A program made the translations under genes and the position numbers. DNA of 63,837 nt, counting the filler, from Olpidium bornovanus S191 (Eukaryota > Fungi > Olpidiomycota): the NCBI GenBank assembly GCA_017911155.1. It is 26 parts of 26 records of this genome, joined end to end, with 100 filler letters (N's around TTAATTAATTAA, not from the genome) between each part and the next. Parts side by side here need not be neighbours in the genome. Positions count along the whole stretch, not along the records: positions 60,675 to 62,705 come from JAEFCI010012866.1; positions 62,806 to 63,837 come from JAEFCI010009717.1; 24 more parts are not named here. The stretch is one strand, 5' to 3'. The first letter of the stretch is position 1; each line of letters begins with the position of its first letter. Shown here one piece after another: positions 60,949 through 63,837 of this stretch. The notes beneath the pieces are model-generated. The model ran no database searches and was not told the origin of the DNA. It saw nothing but the letters and a program-made list of their open reading frames with translations.

Positions 60949-61995
60949 TTGTTACAAAAGGCGGACCGGCGGGGTGGATTGATGGCACGTGATTACCTTC
61001 TGCGGGGCGGATACCTCCGGCGGAGGGGGCTGGGCCCAGCCGTCGATGTGCCTCGACGCGTTGTCTGCCGGGCGGGAGACCACGCGTTGATTCACGCATC
61101 GGCGCACGAACACCTCGGGGCGGGTCTTTTTGTGGTGGAACAGACGCTGTGGAAGATTGTCAATCAGTACTATTGGCCGGCCCTTCGACGCGCGGTAGCC
61201 AGGTATGTCGAGATCTGCCAGATCTGTCAGCGGTATTCGGAGCGCCGGTTCCACGAGGAGCTTCACCCGGTGTGCCCGCCGTCAATCAACATTGAATGAT
61301 ACGTGGATCTTGTCGAGTTACCGAAGGTGCGGGGGTATCGTTATGCAGTGTTGGCCCGTGAGGGGATCAGCAACTTTTGCAAGGGGCGGCCCCTTCGAAG
61401 CAAGCACTCCGCGTCCGTCGGCCGCTTCCTCTTGGAGGACATCGTATGTCGATACGGGCCGTGTTGTCGATTTCGCGCGGATCGCGGGGAGCTCCAGGCG
61501 GACGAGGTACGGGACCTTTTCCACCGTTTCGGCGTTGAGATACACCTAACCGTGGCGTACAACCCCGAAGCCAACGGGAAGGCCAAAAGGGGGTACCAGA
61601 CGTTTGTCGACGCCTTAGTGAAGGCGGCGAAGTTCGAAAGCGCGAAATGGGTGGACCTTTTCCCGTTCGCGTTGTGGGCTGACCAATCAACGACCCATCG
61701 GATGATCGGGTTCGCTCCGGTCGAGTTGATGCACCGTAATCGACCGTCGCTGCCTGTCGAAGATGCTCTCGTGACGTGGTCTGTGTTGCCGTGGGGGGAC
61801 AGCCTGTCCTGTGAAGAGCTGCTGACGTTACGGATACGCCAGCTCCAGCGGAGGGAGGGTGACGTGAAGGAAAGCCGACGAAAAATACTCGAGACGAGGC
61901 AGCGGGAGAAGGAGCGTGTCGATGGAAAGCGGCGGCGCCACCTTCGGCCCCTCGAGGTTGGCGACTGGACAGGACCGACGTCAAAGACCGCATAG
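60949..61995 (+). mobile_element. Ty3/gypsy integrase remnant (zinc-binding + core), interrupted by a stop
   Basis: HASAHEHLG..YYWPAL..CQICQ, then TGA at 61297-61299, then DLVELP..EDIVCRYG..RADRGE..AYNPEANGKAKR..LFPFALWAD. Confidence 0.9.
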
Positions 61996-63278
61996 CAGGA
62001 AAGCGGTTGAAGGCCTTTCGACGCCGAGAAGGGGTGGACGACGAAGACGGCGCGTCGGCCGAGGGCGAGGAAAGTGCGGACAAAGCTAAAGGAGCCGGCA
62101 ACCGATAGTGGCGTGGAAGGACGATCGAACTATGTACCCCTGAGTCTCGAAGCAAGATACGTAGGCAGCCGAGGAACCCTGACCGGAAGGGGGAGGCTTG
62201 AGAAGCAATGGCGAGGTGGGACCGCAACCGACGATCTCGGCGACAAAGGGCAGGACGCAAAAAAGCCATCAAGTGGGACGCACCCGAGACCGTTTCGCTC
62301 GCTTTCCCCGCCGCGTCAGCCGACGGGGCCGGCTATGGCGTTTTTGACAGTCGGGCGGGGTGAGAGGACGAGATGCCTCGGGGCCCCAGGCTACGCTCGA
62401 TGGCGACGTTCGAAGGCGAGTGGAGGGCTCGAGGCCGGCTTCGAGGTTGGCGCGTGCTGGGTCAACGGGCGAGTGTGGCGTTTTTTTTCCCAAAAAAAAA
62501 AAAAAAAAAAAAGGAAAAAGAGAGAGAAGAGGAAAGATGGGGGAACAAACAAAGAGAAAACGAACAACAAAAAGAAAGACAAGCAAAAAAAAAAAAAAAA
62601 AAAAAAAAGAAAAGAAGAACGCGACGAGAAAAGAAAAGAGGGGAGAAGCGGAGAAAACGCGGAAGGGGAGAAGAGAAGAAGACGAGTGGGAGCACACGAG
62701 AAGACNNNNNNNNNNNNNNNNNNNNNNNNNNNNNNNNNNNNNNNNNNNNTTAATTAATTAANNNNNNNNNNNNNNNNNNNNNNNNNNNNNNNNNNNNNNN
62801 NNNNNCATGCGCTTCACGCCCGACGCTGTACTGAAGAAAAGGAAGGGATATCGTCGGAGGGGGGTAGCGAGGGATATCAAAAAAAAAACCAGAATCCCTT
62901 AACCGGATTCCAAGGCCGATGCATAAAATTCCTTTCCCCTCCCCGAGAGAACGTGTTGCTAGGGAAACCGCGATCCCCTCTCCGTATTTAGAATGGGCGC
63001 GTCGCCGCTAAAAGGCGAAGGGCCTGTCATCCTCCCCGAACGTAGAAAACGACGAGAAAGTGCGCGAAGCGGTGCTCGTAAAAAGAGTGAAGAAAACAGA
63101 GGCTTCCCTTTTTGACAGGAGCGTTTCGAAGAAGGAGAGCACAAAGAGACGAGCGTGCGGAACTGAAAGACGACTACGTGGATTCAAGACAACCGGAGTT
63201 GGATTTCGGAGCGATTGAATTAGAACAAACTTACAAGGTCCGGCGCCGTCTCTCACGACTGCTCACCCATTTTCCTAC

Positions 63279-63383
63279 CAAAACGCGGATGACGGGATCA
63301 CAATTACGCAAATCCACCTCATCGACAAGTTGCTACAGGACCATCAGATGGATAATGCCAACACCGAGCGCACACCGCTGGAG
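63279..63383 (+). mobile_element. Small Ty1/copia RT fragment
   Basis: GITITQIHLIDKLLQDHQMDNANTERTPLE resembles IxLSQxxYIxKILxRFxMxxxxPVxTP. Confidence 0.55.
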
Positions 63384-63837
63384 GCCCATATGCTAGAGTC
63401 GCTTTCTGTCGGGATAAGTGATAACTACGAACCACCGGTGACGGTAGATTGCACGCGTTCCGTCTTCTGCGTCGGGTGGTCAAAGAAAAAAAGGAAAAAA
63501 AAAAGAAAATAGGAGAAAAAGCACTACATCGGTCCACTACGCCGATTCCCGCATGACATCCCCCTCCCCGGGGACACGGCTACCTTAACGAATCCCCGGC
63601 ACAAACAACGGCGGGGACGGAGAAAGAGGACACAAAGGGGAGGGCGAGACGTGGGAGGCTACCAAAAAAAGCTACGAAAAGGGACAAGGAAGGAAAAGCT
63701 ACGGGTGAAGAAAGTGCATGGCACAGAAAGAAAAGGGAAAATTGGAAGCTACACCTCGGGGTCGACCGCTTCGTCACGTTCAGGCAGAATGAGCGAGTCT
63801 TCTTGCTCGTGATAAAATTTCAGACGGCGACCAGACG

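Noticed and set aside
3273-62805. Regularly recurring TTAATTAATTAA as a biological repeat or CRISPR-like array
   Set aside because: It is always centred in exactly 88 N, so it is an artificial contig joiner.

Overview
This is eukaryotic DNA, not prokaryotic: GC-rich, intron-rich and fungal. An early-diverging (non-Dikarya) fungus is my inference from the gene content, notably a CotH-family gene and a PDE with a receiver-like segment. The window is not one locus. It is 26 unrelated 1-5 kb contigs joined by 25 artificial 100-bp spacers (44 N + TTAATTAATTAA + 44 N), so neighbourhood across spacers is meaningless. Recognisable spliced genes: cyclophilin-RRM PPIL4 and mitochondrial GTPase MTG1 (both complete); partial MCM2, lipin PAH1/NED1, AreA/Gat1-like GATA factor N-terminus, a probable SEN15, an OCA6-like phosphatase, a class I cyclic-nucleotide PDE, a CotH-family protein, PP2A B56 (RTS1), BUB1/MAD3, RNA14 and an APC amino-acid permease. 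There is one tRNA-Asn(GTT). Mobile DNA: four decayed Ty1/copia pieces (three short TGTT..AACA LTRs, two Ty5-type half-tRNA primer sites) and a Ty3/gypsy integrase remnant. The most unusual signal is window-wide: 21 of 52 contig ends sit at CATG, six genes keep their 5' ends but are cut 3' at a CATG, and CATGs at several start codons survive. This could be a footprint of CATG restriction digestion, possibly modulated by ApT 6mA. I found no convincing new multi-gene system. Exon calls were made by eye, and family names come from motif recall, not database searches.
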